Assembly: GCF_031769215.1 (NCBI RefSeq) | Contig: NW_026782173.1 | Coordinates: 1,736,001-1,800,000, forward strand | DNA from: Ylistrum balloti | Lineage: Eukaryota | Reading direction: 5' to 3' | Length of the DNA: 64,000 bases | In this document: positions 11,118 to 23,403 of the stretch, one piece after another | Layout: each line of letters starts with the position of its first letter | How positions within the stretch are numbered: the stretch's first letter is position 1 | The notes under the pieces: generated by a model | Told to the model about the DNA's origin: nothing | Databases searched by the model: none | Seen by the model: the letters and a program-made list of their open reading frames with translations, nothing else | Program-made: the position numbers and the translations under genes

Positions 11118-14100
11118 ATGGTGTCTATTAATGTCCATTTCATTGTTCTTCACGGTATAATCATATTGATATCAAACGTGCAATCAAGGAACGTGCTCCT
11201 TATACTTGGTAAGGTGTTAAGTGCAACAAATATTTCAAAAAATAATGTTCTAATGTGTGATGTTCAGTAAAAGTTTGACGTCAGCTTTCAGTTTCACTTT
11301 GTCTTTTCCTACATTCATTGTTCATGTTATGTTATATTTCAAACGAAGCGTAATTAGATTTCAAACATAAATGTAGATACAAACGCGATTGTTGTTATAT
11401 TCAGAAGTATGTGCTTGATAATGTTTAGGGGATGATGCGGGATTTGAGACACAGGTGTACAACAATCATATTTGTAAAACACCAAATCTGAACAAGTTAG
11501 CTGAGAGGAGCTTGGTCTTCAACAACGCATTTACATCAGTGAGCAGTTGTTCACCTAGCAGGTATAAACATTTACATATAGAACACTATGCAGTGTATTA
11601 AAATTATCAGCTGGAGTGTCGAGCCTTGAATTCTGGGTTGGTATCGTAGATAAGTAATTTAAGTCATTTGTAAATATTGAATAAAAAATTTCAATCTTAG
11701 TTTTCTTTTTCTGTTATGGTTGTTACAGTGAAAGATCTAATTATCTTGTTTTCAGTTAATTCTATGGATTGGCAATTGTTAAGTATTTAGTTTTTCACTA
11801 TTGAATAAGTTCTTATTGGTTATTGAAAAGGAAACGAAAAATAAACGAACATAAATAGGGATGCTGAAATACCGGATAAGCGGTAATAACTTTAATTTTG
11901 TTCATTTTATTTTTGTGGAATTTCCTAGTACATGTACAGTAAAAAAATTTTGAAAAACAGATGAAGTATATGCTAAGGTTACAGTTGAAGTCCATTCATT
12001 ATTTTGTGAAAGAGATCATAGCGATGACAGGTAGCTTAGATTTTATTAAAAATATGGAAAAAAGGCATACAGATAAGAATAACACCAGCCATAGTTAAAC
12101 ATCCTGATATACATGTAGAATAGGAGAATGTGAAACTAGTTAGTAATTCCAATATTTTCATAATGATCAGGAATATCCAACACATGGTTCATTAACTACA
12201 TATAATAAACACTAAATAAGACAAAACAATCTTGTCCTATAAAACATTATAAAAAAGGACTAGTGTCTTATGTTCACAGGTCAGTCGTGTTGTCAGGATT
12301 ACCTCAGCACCAGAATGGAATGTATGGACTGTTCAATGGATACCACCACTTTCAGTCATTTGATGAAGTCAAAAGCTTGCCACTACTTCTGAAGGGGGCA
12401 GGTATCAGAACAGGTACGACAGAGGACAGGTATCAGTATAGGTTAATCAGAGTACATTTGACACTACAGGTAAATTAGGGGACAGGTGTCAGTATAGAAG
12501 GATAAGGTTAACACATCAGTACAGGTTAACCAGAAGACAGATGTCAGTGCAGGTACATAAGGAGACAGGTGTCAGTACAGTTAAATCAGGAGAGAGTTGT
12601 CAGTACAGGTTAATCAGGAGATAGTGCAAGTGCAGGTTAATCAGAAGACAGATGTCAGTTTTAATCAAAAGACAGGTGTTAGTGCAGGTACATCAGGAGA
12701 TAAGCATCATTACAGATTAATCAGGTAACAGGTGTCAGTGCAAGAAAATAAGGTGAAGACATAAGCACAATTTAATCAGGAGACAGGTATCAGAACAGTT
12801 AACCCAGGAGACAGGTGTCAGTACAGGGTAATCAGGAGACAGGTATCATTTAAAGTAAGACAGTTTGTACCAGTTAATAGGGAGACAGTTGTAATTGGAG
12901 ACAAGTTTCAGTACAGATAATCAGAAAACTATTGGCAATACAGGTAAATCATGTGACAGATATCAGAATAGATAAATCAGCAGACAGGTGTTAGAATAGT
13001 TAATCAGAAAAAAGGTGTCAACGCTGTGGTGTTAGTATTAGGGAGACAGAAGACCAGTATCATGGGGGCCACTGACACTGGTATGTTAAGTTGTAGGATA
13101 TTTTTACCATGACATGTTATTTTGTTTTGACCTGACAGGTATAATTGGTAAGAAGAATGTGGGTCCAGAGTCAGTATACCCATTTGATTACTCTGTGACG
13201 GAACTTGATGGCCATAGTATTCTACAAACAGGACGGAATATCACTTTCATTCGTCAACATGTTCGAGAATTTCTACAACACAATTCATCCAGGTGAGTGT
13301 TTCTTTATATCACAAAGAAAATTCTTCAGAAATTAAAAGAACTTTTTCACTGCCTAATATCTTTTGTGTATTAACTTATTATTTCTTGTGTGTATATACT
13401 TTGTAATGTATACCTCTCTTCATGGTAGGTACTATTTTCATCTTATTCTCATTTTTCTTTTTTTTTGCCAAAATTTTGGTGAAATCTTGAAAAACCTTAA
13501 ACTTTATAGAGTAAACATAATGAGATAGTGACATACCCCACTCACTAAGTCAGTTCCATCCCCAGTTCCACTCACTTAACTCAGTTCCATCCCCAGTTCC
13601 ACTCACTTAACTCAGTTCCATCCCCAGTTCCACTCACTAAGTCAGTTCCATCCCAAGTTCCACTCACTTAACTCAGTTCCATCCCCAGTTCCACTCACTA
13701 AGTCAGTTCCATCCCCAGTTCCACTCACTAAGTCAGTTCCATCCCCAGTTTCACTCACTAAGTCAGTTCCATCCCCAGTTTCACTCACTAAGTCAGTTCC
13801 ATCCCCAGTTCCACTCACTAACTCAGTTCCATCCCCAGTTTCACTCACTAAGTCAGTTCCATCCCCAGTTTCACTCACTAACTCAGTTCCATCCCCAGTT
13901 TCACTCACTAAGTCAGTTCCATCCCCAGTTTCACTCACTAAGTCAGTTTCATCCCCAGTTCCACTCACTTAGTCAGTTTCATCCCCAGTTTCACTCACTA
14001 AGTCAGCTCCATCCCCTGTTACATCCATTACTGGGTATGTCAGTTCCATCCCTGTGCCTTACCCACCAATTCTATTTAATCCTTTAACTCTACCCATCAA

Positions 14101-17100
14101 GGATTTCTCTCTCTCTCTTACTATGTCACTTCCATTCCCCTGTCTTAACCACCAAGGAAGATCCATCCTAAAACCCTACCCACAAAGTAAGTTCCAACCC
14201 CTATCACTATCACTCAGGTCAGTCCATTCCCCCAGCCTTACCCACTAAGTTAGTCCATCCCTACATCCACCCACCAAGTCTGTTTCATCTACCAGCTCTA
14301 TCCACTAACTTGGTTCTGTCCTCCCACAAAGTCAGTGCCATCCCCTACCTCCACCCACCAAGTCTGTTTCATCCACCAGCTCCAGCCTCCAAGTTGTTTC
14401 CATCCAATAAGCCCACCTACAAAGCAACATTTAACTGTAACGTCTAAACAAGGTATATATATTGTCTTCAGTTTCCTTATCTTTCCTCTATTATTGTCCC
14501 TTTGTGACAGAGGTAGAAGTGTATATTTACCCTTACACAAAAATGCATGAAACATCAATACATACATCTGTATTACAATACAACAAACTCCTTTATCAGC
14601 ACTCTAGCAACTTTGTCATTTAATGGATTTTAAGAGAATTTACATGCAGATTTGGTATGAAAATATTTTGTGTAAATTTGATTTTGCAGAGTCAAGGATG
14701 TCATTCTTACTTTTAGAAATCATATATTTCAGCACTTCCGTAATTTGAATTTTCATTTGATTTTAGTGACCTAATACCTCCAGTATATTAATCAGTCTCT
14801 TTTTTGTTAGCTGTCAATTTTTATGAAGGCAGATGGATTTATATCATTTGCCGTGTCTTCTTTTCTTATCAGATAAAAAAAAATTACTGATTTGAAATAT
14901 ATTCCAGTCCCTTTTTCCTGTACGTGGCATTCCATGACCCCCACCGATGTGGCCACACTCATCCCCAGTATGGACAGTTCTGTGAGAAGTTTGGAGCTGA
15001 TGGAAGCATGCCTGATTGGAAGCCCATAACTTTTGATCCTGCATCTGTTGTTGTCCCATATTTTGTTCAGGACACACCTGCTGCCAGACTGGACATTGCT
15101 GCTCAATACACCACCATAAACCGCATGGACCAAGGTAAACTATTCTGATGGATTCTACAATTGAAGTATCAAAACATGTAATGTATTGGTGTAGTCTCTT
15201 ATATAACACAGATCAACATGTACTGGTGCAGTATAATGTATGGCCCCATGTATATAACACAGATCAACATGTACTGGTGCAGTATAATGTATGGCCCCAT
15301 GTATATAACACAGATCAACATGTACTGGTGCAGTATAATGTATGGCCCCATGTATATAACACCGATCAACATGTACTGGTACAGTATAATGTATGGTCCC
15401 ATGTATATAACACAGATCAACATGTACTGGTACTGTATAATGTATGGCCCCATGTATATAACACAGATCAACATGTACTGGTGCAGTATAATGTATGGTC
15501 CCATGTATATAACACAGATCAACATGTACTGGCACAGTATAATGTATGGTCCCATGTATATAACACAGATCAACATGTACTGGTGCAGTATAATGTATGG
15601 TCACATGTATATAACACAGATCAACATGTACTGGTACAGTATAATGTATGGTCACATGTATATAACACAGATCAACATGTACTGGTACAGTATAATGTAT
15701 GGTCCCATGTATATAACACAGATCAACATGTACTGGTACAGTATAATGTATGGTCCCATGTATATAACACAGATCAACATGTACTGGTGCAGTATAATGT
15801 ATGGTCCCATGTATATAACACAGATCAACATGTACTGGTACAGTATAATGTATGGTCCCATGTATATAACACAGATCAACATGTACTGGTACAGTATAAT
15901 GTATGGCCCCATGTATATAACACAGATCAACATGTACTGGTGCAGTATAATGTATGGCCCCATGTATATAACACCGATCAACATGTACTGGTACAGTATA
16001 ATGTATGGTCCCATGTATATAACACAGATCAACATGTACTGGTACTGTATAATGTATGGCCCCATGTATATAACACAGATCAACATGTACTGGTGCAGTA
16101 TAATGTATGGTCCCATGTATATAACACAGATCAACATGTACTGGCACAGTATAATGTATGGTCCCATGTATATAACACAGATCAACATGTACTGGTGCAG
16201 TATAATGTATGGTCACATGTATATAACACAGATCAACATGTACTGGTACAGTATAATGTATGGTCCCATGTATATAACACAGATCAACATGTACTGGCAC
16301 AGTATAATGTATGGTCCCATGTATATAACACAGATCAACATGTACTGGTGCAGTATAATGTATGGTCACATGTATATAACACAGATCAACATGTACTGGT
16401 ACAGTATAATGTATGGTCACATGTATATAACACAGATCAACATGTACTGGTACAGTATAATGTATGGTCCCATGTATATAACACAGATCAACATGTACTG
16501 GTACAGTATAATGTATGGCCCCATGTATATAACACAGATCAACATGCACTGGCACAGTATAATGTATGGTCCCATGTATATAACACAGATCAACATGTAC
16601 TGGTACAGTATAATGTATGGTCCCATGTATATAACACAGATCAACATGTACTGGTACAGTATAATGTATGGTCCCATGTATATAACACAGATCAACATGT
16701 ACTGGTACAGTATAATGTATGGCCCCATGTATATAACACAGATCAACATGTACTGGTACAGTATAATGTATGGCCCCCATGTATATAACACAGATCAACA
16801 TGTACTGGTACAGTATAATGTATGGTCACATGTATATAACACAGATCAACATGTACTGGTGCAGTATAATGTATGGTCCCATGTATATAACACAGATCAA
16901 CATGTACTGGTACAGTATAATGTATGGTCCCATGTATATAACACAGATCAACATGTACTGGTACAGTATAATGTATGGTCCCATGTATATAACACAGATC
17001 AACATGTACTGGTGCAGTATAATGTATGGTCCCATGTATATAACACAGATCAACATGTACTGGTACAGTATAATGTATGGTCCCATGTATATAACACAGA

Positions 17101-19763
17101 TCAACATGTACTGGTGCAGTATAATGTATGGTCCCATGTATATAACACAGATCAACATGTACTGGTACAGTATAATGTATGGTCACATGTATATAACACA
17201 GATCAACATGTACTGGTACAGTATAATGTATGGTCCCATGTATATAACACAGATCAACATGTACTGGTACAGTATAATGTATGGTCACATGTATATAACA
17301 CAGATCAACATGTACTGGTACAGTATAATGTATGGTCACATGTATATAACACAGATCAACATGTACTGGTACAGTATAATGTATGGTCCCATGTATATAA
17401 CACAGATCAACATGTACTGGTACAGTATAATGTATGGTCCCATGTATATAACACAGATCAACATGTACTGGTGCAGTATAATGTATGGTCCCATGTATAT
17501 AACACAGATCAACATGTACTGGTACAGTATAATGTATGGTCACATGTATATAACACAGATCAACATGTACTGGTACAGTATAATGTATGGTCCCATGTAT
17601 ATAACACAGATCAACATGTACTGGTGCAGTATAATGTATGGTCCCATGTATATAACACAGATCAACATGTACTGGTGCAGTATAATGTATGGTCCCATGT
17701 ATATAACACAGATCAACATGTACTGGTACAGTATAATGTATGGTCACATGTATATAACACAGATCAACATGTACTGGTACAGTATAATGTATGGTCCCAT
17801 GTATATAACACAGATCAACATGTACTGGTACAGTATAATGTATGGTCCCATGTATATAACACAGATCAACATGTACTGGTACAGTATAATGTATGGTCCC
17901 ATGTATATAACACAGATCAACATGTACTGGTACAGTATAATGTATGGTCCCATGTATATAACACAGATCAACATGTACTGGTACAGTATAATGTATGGTC
18001 CCATGTATATAACACAGATCAACATGTACTGGTACAGTATAATGTATGGTCACATGTATATCAGATATACTTTAACAAAGTACAAACAAAAGTTAAGCTA
18101 TATTTGTCGTAGAGAAAGACATAGAGATTACAAGCCATGTAGACAAATCTTTAGAGTGTAAGTAGTTGTCCTCCAAACATAAACATCATTCAATGTACTA
18201 TTTCTTTACCTCAAGGTATAGGCCTTATACTGAAGGAACTAGAATTGGCAGGCCATGCAGATGACACTCTAATCATGTACTCCTCCGACAATGGCATACC
18301 TTTTCCAAATGGCCGCACCAACTTGTACGACTCTGGTATGGCAGAACCATTCTTCTTGTCATCACCACATCATAGGAAGCGCTGGAACCAGGTGCGTGCA
18401 TAACTACATATCTCTCCTACTCAAGGTTTCATTATTTTGATTCTGTTTTCCTATTTGATATTTGGACCAGGATTATCAGGTAGTTACAGTCGGTAGAGTG
18501 TTTCTTCCTTTTCCACAAGTCATAAGTTTGGTCAAAAAATAATTTTTACCAAACAAGTCAAGCCTCACTAACAAGAAATTATTATATTTGGTTTATAATT
18601 TCATGTGATAATTTCATATTAAAATAGAATTTTAGAAAGAAAAAATCTGCAAAACTCTTTTTCTCAGAACTTCATTGTATCAAGGCTAGTCACTGCTGAA
18701 CTAAAATACATTGATGACAAGTTTTGTAAATCACATATAGAATGTAATATGTTCCTATACTGGACAATGTATGGGGACAGGTATGTCTTACAATCAAGAC
18801 TTTACATGATTGTTTGTGCAATTAACTCATTTTATGAGGCTGACTTGAATTATAACATATCATCATTTAGATCCAATCTGTTATCAGTTGTGACATGCTG
18901 TTAAGGTTTTTATACAGAGTTAAAATAATGGGAAAATACTGAACTATCAGCCAACACAGCACATGCAGCTCTGCTTAGTGTTCATACAATTAATATAATG
19001 GCTATTTGGACACTGATAAGATAAAAGATAATAAGATTCCTTCTCAATTTTACAACATTGCTGCTCCAGTATATTGAAATTACTGAAATGAACATCCAAG
19101 AACAGATTTTGTTTTAAGAATTTGCTTTGAATTCACATGAAATAATTTTTGTAATTTTAGAAAAGTGACGCCATGTTGAGCCATGTGGATATCCTGCCTA
19201 CAGTACTTGATTGGTTTGGTGTCAAATTCCCTCACTACAAAATCCTCAGAAACCATGTGACCTTGACTGGCAAATCTTTACTCCCATTGCTTGAGGTAGA
19301 ACCGAAGGAATCCTGGGATACTGTATACGCCAGTCACAGCCTCCATGAGGTCACCATGTATTACCCAATGAGGGTGGTGAGGAACAAACAGTATAAGCTC
19401 ATTCAGAATATCAACTTTCAAATGCCATTTTCAATAGATCAGGATTTTTATATTTCAAGGACATTCCAAGATTTGCTGAATAGAACACATAAGGGAGAGG
19501 ACACACATTGGTACAAAACTCTCCACAAATACTACTACAGGGACCAATGGGAACTCTTTGATATCATTAATGACCCACAGGAACTTCAAAACCTAGCTCA
19601 TGATTCTAGTCATTCAAAGGTTTATCATCAATTGCAACACCAATTGAATATGTGGCAGAATATAACCTTTGACCCCTGGATTTGTTCACCCTCTGGTGTT
19701 CTACAGGACGCTGGACCACACAAGTACCATCCACAGTGCTACAGTATGTACAATGGACTATGA
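11118..19763 (+). CDS. SGSH: N-sulfoglucosamine sulfohydrolase (sulfamidase), 505 aa, 7 coding exons
   Basis: Exons 11118-11208, 11429-11561, 12280-12413, 13139-13292, 14908-15134, 18216-18391, 19161-19763; all GT-AG, phases consistent, total 1518 nt. Hydrophobic N-terminus, ILGDDAG, sulfatase [56 protein letters not shown], all collinear with human SGSH as recalled. Confidence 0.96.
12414..13060 (+). repeat. Degenerate ~28-bp tandem repeat starting at the SGSH exon 3 donor
   Basis: Unit ~GTTAATCAGGAGACAGGTGTCAGTACAG; resembles the exon end GGGGCAGGTATCAGAACAG|GT. Confidence 0.8.
13540..14060. repeat. 30-bp minisatellite in SGSH intron 4 (decays to ~14420)
   Basis: Unit CTCACTAAGTCAGTTCCATCCCCAGTTCCA, ~17 copies. 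Confidence 0.95.
15185..18060. repeat. 51-bp minisatellite (~56 copies) filling SGSH intron 5
   Basis: Unit ACAGATCAACATGTACTGGTACAGTATAATGTATGGTCCCATGTATATAAC; 612-bp (12-unit) higher-order duplication; 1-nt insertion at ~16776. Confidence 0.97.
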
Positions 19764-20175
19764 GGAAGTGAATTCCAGTTACATGTACATTAGACCATGA
19801 GGTGTGGTCAAGCAGTGAAGTAGTTGTAACACTCGACTTCCAATAACAGAGATTCCTTTCCCTATTTAGATGTGAAAAGTGAAACAGTCTGCTGCCCACC
19901 CTCTAGTTTCCTTCCACCTAGCATCCCGGATATACGCTACAATCCAGACCAACACAAAGATTGTTCTAAAGGATATTAAGTTTATAACAGTGGAAGTAAC
20001 CATAACATTATGTATTGTCAACTGTGGACTGTTATAATACTGCAATGAAAAGTATTTGTAACATACTTATAGAGGTTCAAGTATAACAACACTCAATGTA
20101 TGTTACAAGACCTTGGTTTCATATTGATAACCTCAACTATCTCAAATTGAAACCAGCATGCCTCTTCATAGCCAG

Positions 20176-20858
20176 TAACAAGAGTTCTGCAAGGCAGAAC
20201 ATAATACACCTGTCACAGGTTACACAGGCATATTGCAACAGGGAATGAAAGGAATAAAGGTAAAGAGCCTCCCGATGAAGTTGATCCATTGAAAAACTAA
20301 TCAAGATATCAAGCACACACCGTTTTGATGATTAAATAAAGGGCCAGAACTCCTTGAATTACAGTTGGAAAAATGCAGTCATTGAACTTTTCTCAGCAAA
20401 AATGACAATGAACCTTCCTATCATGTTTGAAGTTCAAGAGATTAAGCGGACAATGTTTCCGTAATTGAATAAATAAGGCCATTACTACATAAATTCCAGT
20501 ACAAAATTTGCGGTCATCAAACTTGTCAGAGCTATCATGATAATGAACCTTCCTTGAACTATGAATATGAAACTATGAAGTTTGAAGGTAAATAGATGAA
20601 AAACACTTTTGATATCGAGTGGACAATGTTTCTGTTATTATTTAAAGGGCCATAACTCCATGAATTATGGTTAAAAAATTACCATGACCAAATTAGCCTA
20701 AGATATCATGGTAATGAACCTCCCTATAAAGTTTGAAGTTGATCTGATGAAAACTACTCATTATCAAGCGAACACCGCTTGTGTCCCCCTACCCACAAAC
20801 CTGCCCTCCCGCTCAAATGATAACAAAATACAGCCCATCTTCAACAGACATATAAAAG
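20176..20858. mobile_element. Non-autonomous interspersed element with degenerate ~150-170-bp internal tandem subunits (Helentron/HINE-like)
   Basis: Starts AACAAGAG, has recurring AAAGGGCCA.AACTCC...ATG..AATGAACC.TCC...AAGTTTGAAG blocks, and ends AAATACAGCCCATCTTCAACAGACATATAAAA. Architecture matches bivalve HINE-type repeats from recall. Confidence 0.55.
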
Positions 20859-23403
20859 TTTGACTGATAGATGCAAATGTAAATGAATCATTTGTTTATG
20901 ATGGAGATATTTCTATTATTGGATTTATTTTGCATTTTGCATGTTATATATGGTGTCAGTTAGCTGATACAGGCCTATTAGGCCTAGCACCCTCTTACGT
21001 GTTAGATCTTATGCATGAGGTAAGGGACAGAGGCCTCCTCAATGGTATATCAGGCCTATGGGGACTTTTGTTTCATATACTTTACATATTAGATCTGGTG
21101 TCTCAACTATGTGATACAGGCCTGCTAGGTCTTGTGGTTTACATTCTCTATCATGCATATTTTTTTTCTTCTTAATTTGGCTTCGTTAACTTAGCAATAA
21201 AACTTTCAGGGAAATTACTTCCAAATTTCCAAAGATCTGAAATTATTTTTTTCAATATATATACTTGTTATGTTTCTCAGATCACAGAAAGAGTTCTTAA
21301 AACTGAATTTGAAAATTTATTGAACTTATTAAGTTATAGAAGCATGACACAAGTCTCATCACTCGAATAAATCACTTCCAAAGACTGGCTGTTCAAATGT
21401 TTGTTCATTTTTTATACAGTTGATATATCATGGTACATATCCATACATCTGTGACATAGAAAAATGAATGGTATACATATATTTATACATTTATATAATT
21501 AATGAATATTTTCATAATCCATACCTACTTCTTTTCATCTGAAATTAAACATTTTAAAAATTCATGAAAAAATTATAGAAGAAACAAAGCAGACACGAAT
21601 GTCAGATCTGATTACAATGAACAGTAACAGGCATAAGTTTTATTTTACTGTACACAGAGAAATGTAATGTTAAACAGACAGTAATCTGACATACAGTGTC
21701 ATTTCATGATTATTTTGTAACCATGAATTCTCTTTTGTTTGAAGTTCAATATATACAGTCTGCCTGTTTTCATTCCTCCATGGTTCCAAAACCAAATCAA
21801 ACATTAACATGGATGCTATATTTTACAATATAACGATATAATGATAATTTTTTGTAATGAACACTATACCACACATTTGTCCCACAGAACTCCTGTTTAG
21901 TGAACATTCACATCCAGCAATGTATACTTCTTCACTCTTTGTCTCTATAACAAATCTACTTTACCTTTGATTCAAGTATAACACAGCTGAAAATTATTGA
22001 CAGTGTCTTGTTACCAATTTTGTAATATCTATTGTCTCCTGAAAGACTATAATGTTTCATCATATGTTGTGATACAAACATTCATTGTTTAAATGTGGTG
22101 GCAAATCATTTCATGCCAACTAAACTAGAATATACATGTCATAAGAAAATATGATAGTTATATAGAGTGTAAAATTACTGACTTTTAGGTAGAAAAAGAA
22201 AAACAATGTAATGTTGACTCTATAGAAAATGCTGTTTTAAACACTTGTCATTTTCATTGAGATCTGTCTTTATTTCATGATATTAAATGAATAATTATAA
22301 AGGAATATTTTATACTGTGGTAATAAATCTTTATATCAAAATTAATCAGGCTTTGTATTTTCTTATTCCATATTAATGAAGCAATAGATACCAGCTTTGA
22401 TAATTTGAACAGTTTTCCAAAAATTGTACGTGTGTAACCAGTGTTAAAGATGTCACAAAAAGCATGCAGATCCTCATTATGGGTTCTGCTGACCTGCTTC
22501 AATAGGACATTTAAAACAATAAGAAGAACTTATCTCAAATTTACCTGTCTTAGTGTTATACTTTGTGAAAAGATAAAAAAATAATTGCATAATTTACACA
22601 AGTTGTGTGATGCATTATGCAGTTTGAATTCCTAAGACAAGGTTTTTCCAGCTTGAGTGTGAAGTGGAGCTGTAGTGCTGTAGAGAAGCACTAGGGAAAA
22701 AAAAGAATAAAAATACTCAATGAACATTTTATTTTTTTAAGAAAGATGCATTTTGTATTACTACTATGACCAAGTATTACGAAACACTAAAAACTATTCT
22801 ACAATTGAAATAATTTATCATATCACAGCTGTTTTACACAAAGCTACACAAGAATGGACAACAGATACACCTGTCCATTTATAATCAATTATAGCACAGA
22901 GCTACACATGAATGGTCTAGACAGTCACAAGTAGCATAACACCATGATATACATTACAAAACATTCACAGCTCTTTGATAAAAGAGTGGCAGTCTTCATT
23001 GTTTCATATTTAAACTTATTGATGCACTGCATCCAGGTCATGTTTGTTGTTTACTAACTTGACCTAAAAAAATAAAAAGTAATGGTCTGGCAACACATGG
23101 ACTTGCTAAAAGCACTTCATTCTTTCGCGACACACAGCATATTTTTATGACAATCAACTGGTGACCAAAGTTCAACCCACACATCAGCAATCCACTTTAC
23201 ATGTTTTGATATCACAGTGAAGTACTCTATATTTCATGACACTTTGTTGTACAATGTGTCGGGTCAAAGATATGTTGAGTATGACTCCCAGCTGGTCTTT
23301 GGAATATCCTGTCATTGAGGGTCACATGATGCTGTTTACTAAATTGATACCGGTCCGAGAAAGTCCCCTGGACGTTGTTTACTAGTTTTATATCAGTGCC
23401 CTA

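Noticed and set aside
13642-13968. Minus-strand [10 protein letters not shown] repeat ORF
   Set aside because: Translation of the 30-bp intronic array, antisense to SGSH; no start context or splice support.
15148-18161. Overlapping 400-960-aa ORFs on both strands ([10 protein letters not shown]..., [10 protein letters not shown]..., [12 protein letters not shown]...)
   Set aside because: All are frames of the 51-bp minisatellite inside SGSH intron 5; a 1-nt insertion swaps frames mid-array.
20930-21175. 81-aa ORF with DTGLLGL internal repeat
   Set aside because: Short degenerate DNA repeat between convergent 3' ends; TTG start, no splice support.
22545-22690. Strong minus-strand acceptor (22690) and a donor (22545) downstream of the LRRC45 stop
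   Set aside because: No convincing upstream donor in the last coding exon and no sustained reading frame; at most a 3' UTR exon, not supportable without transcripts.
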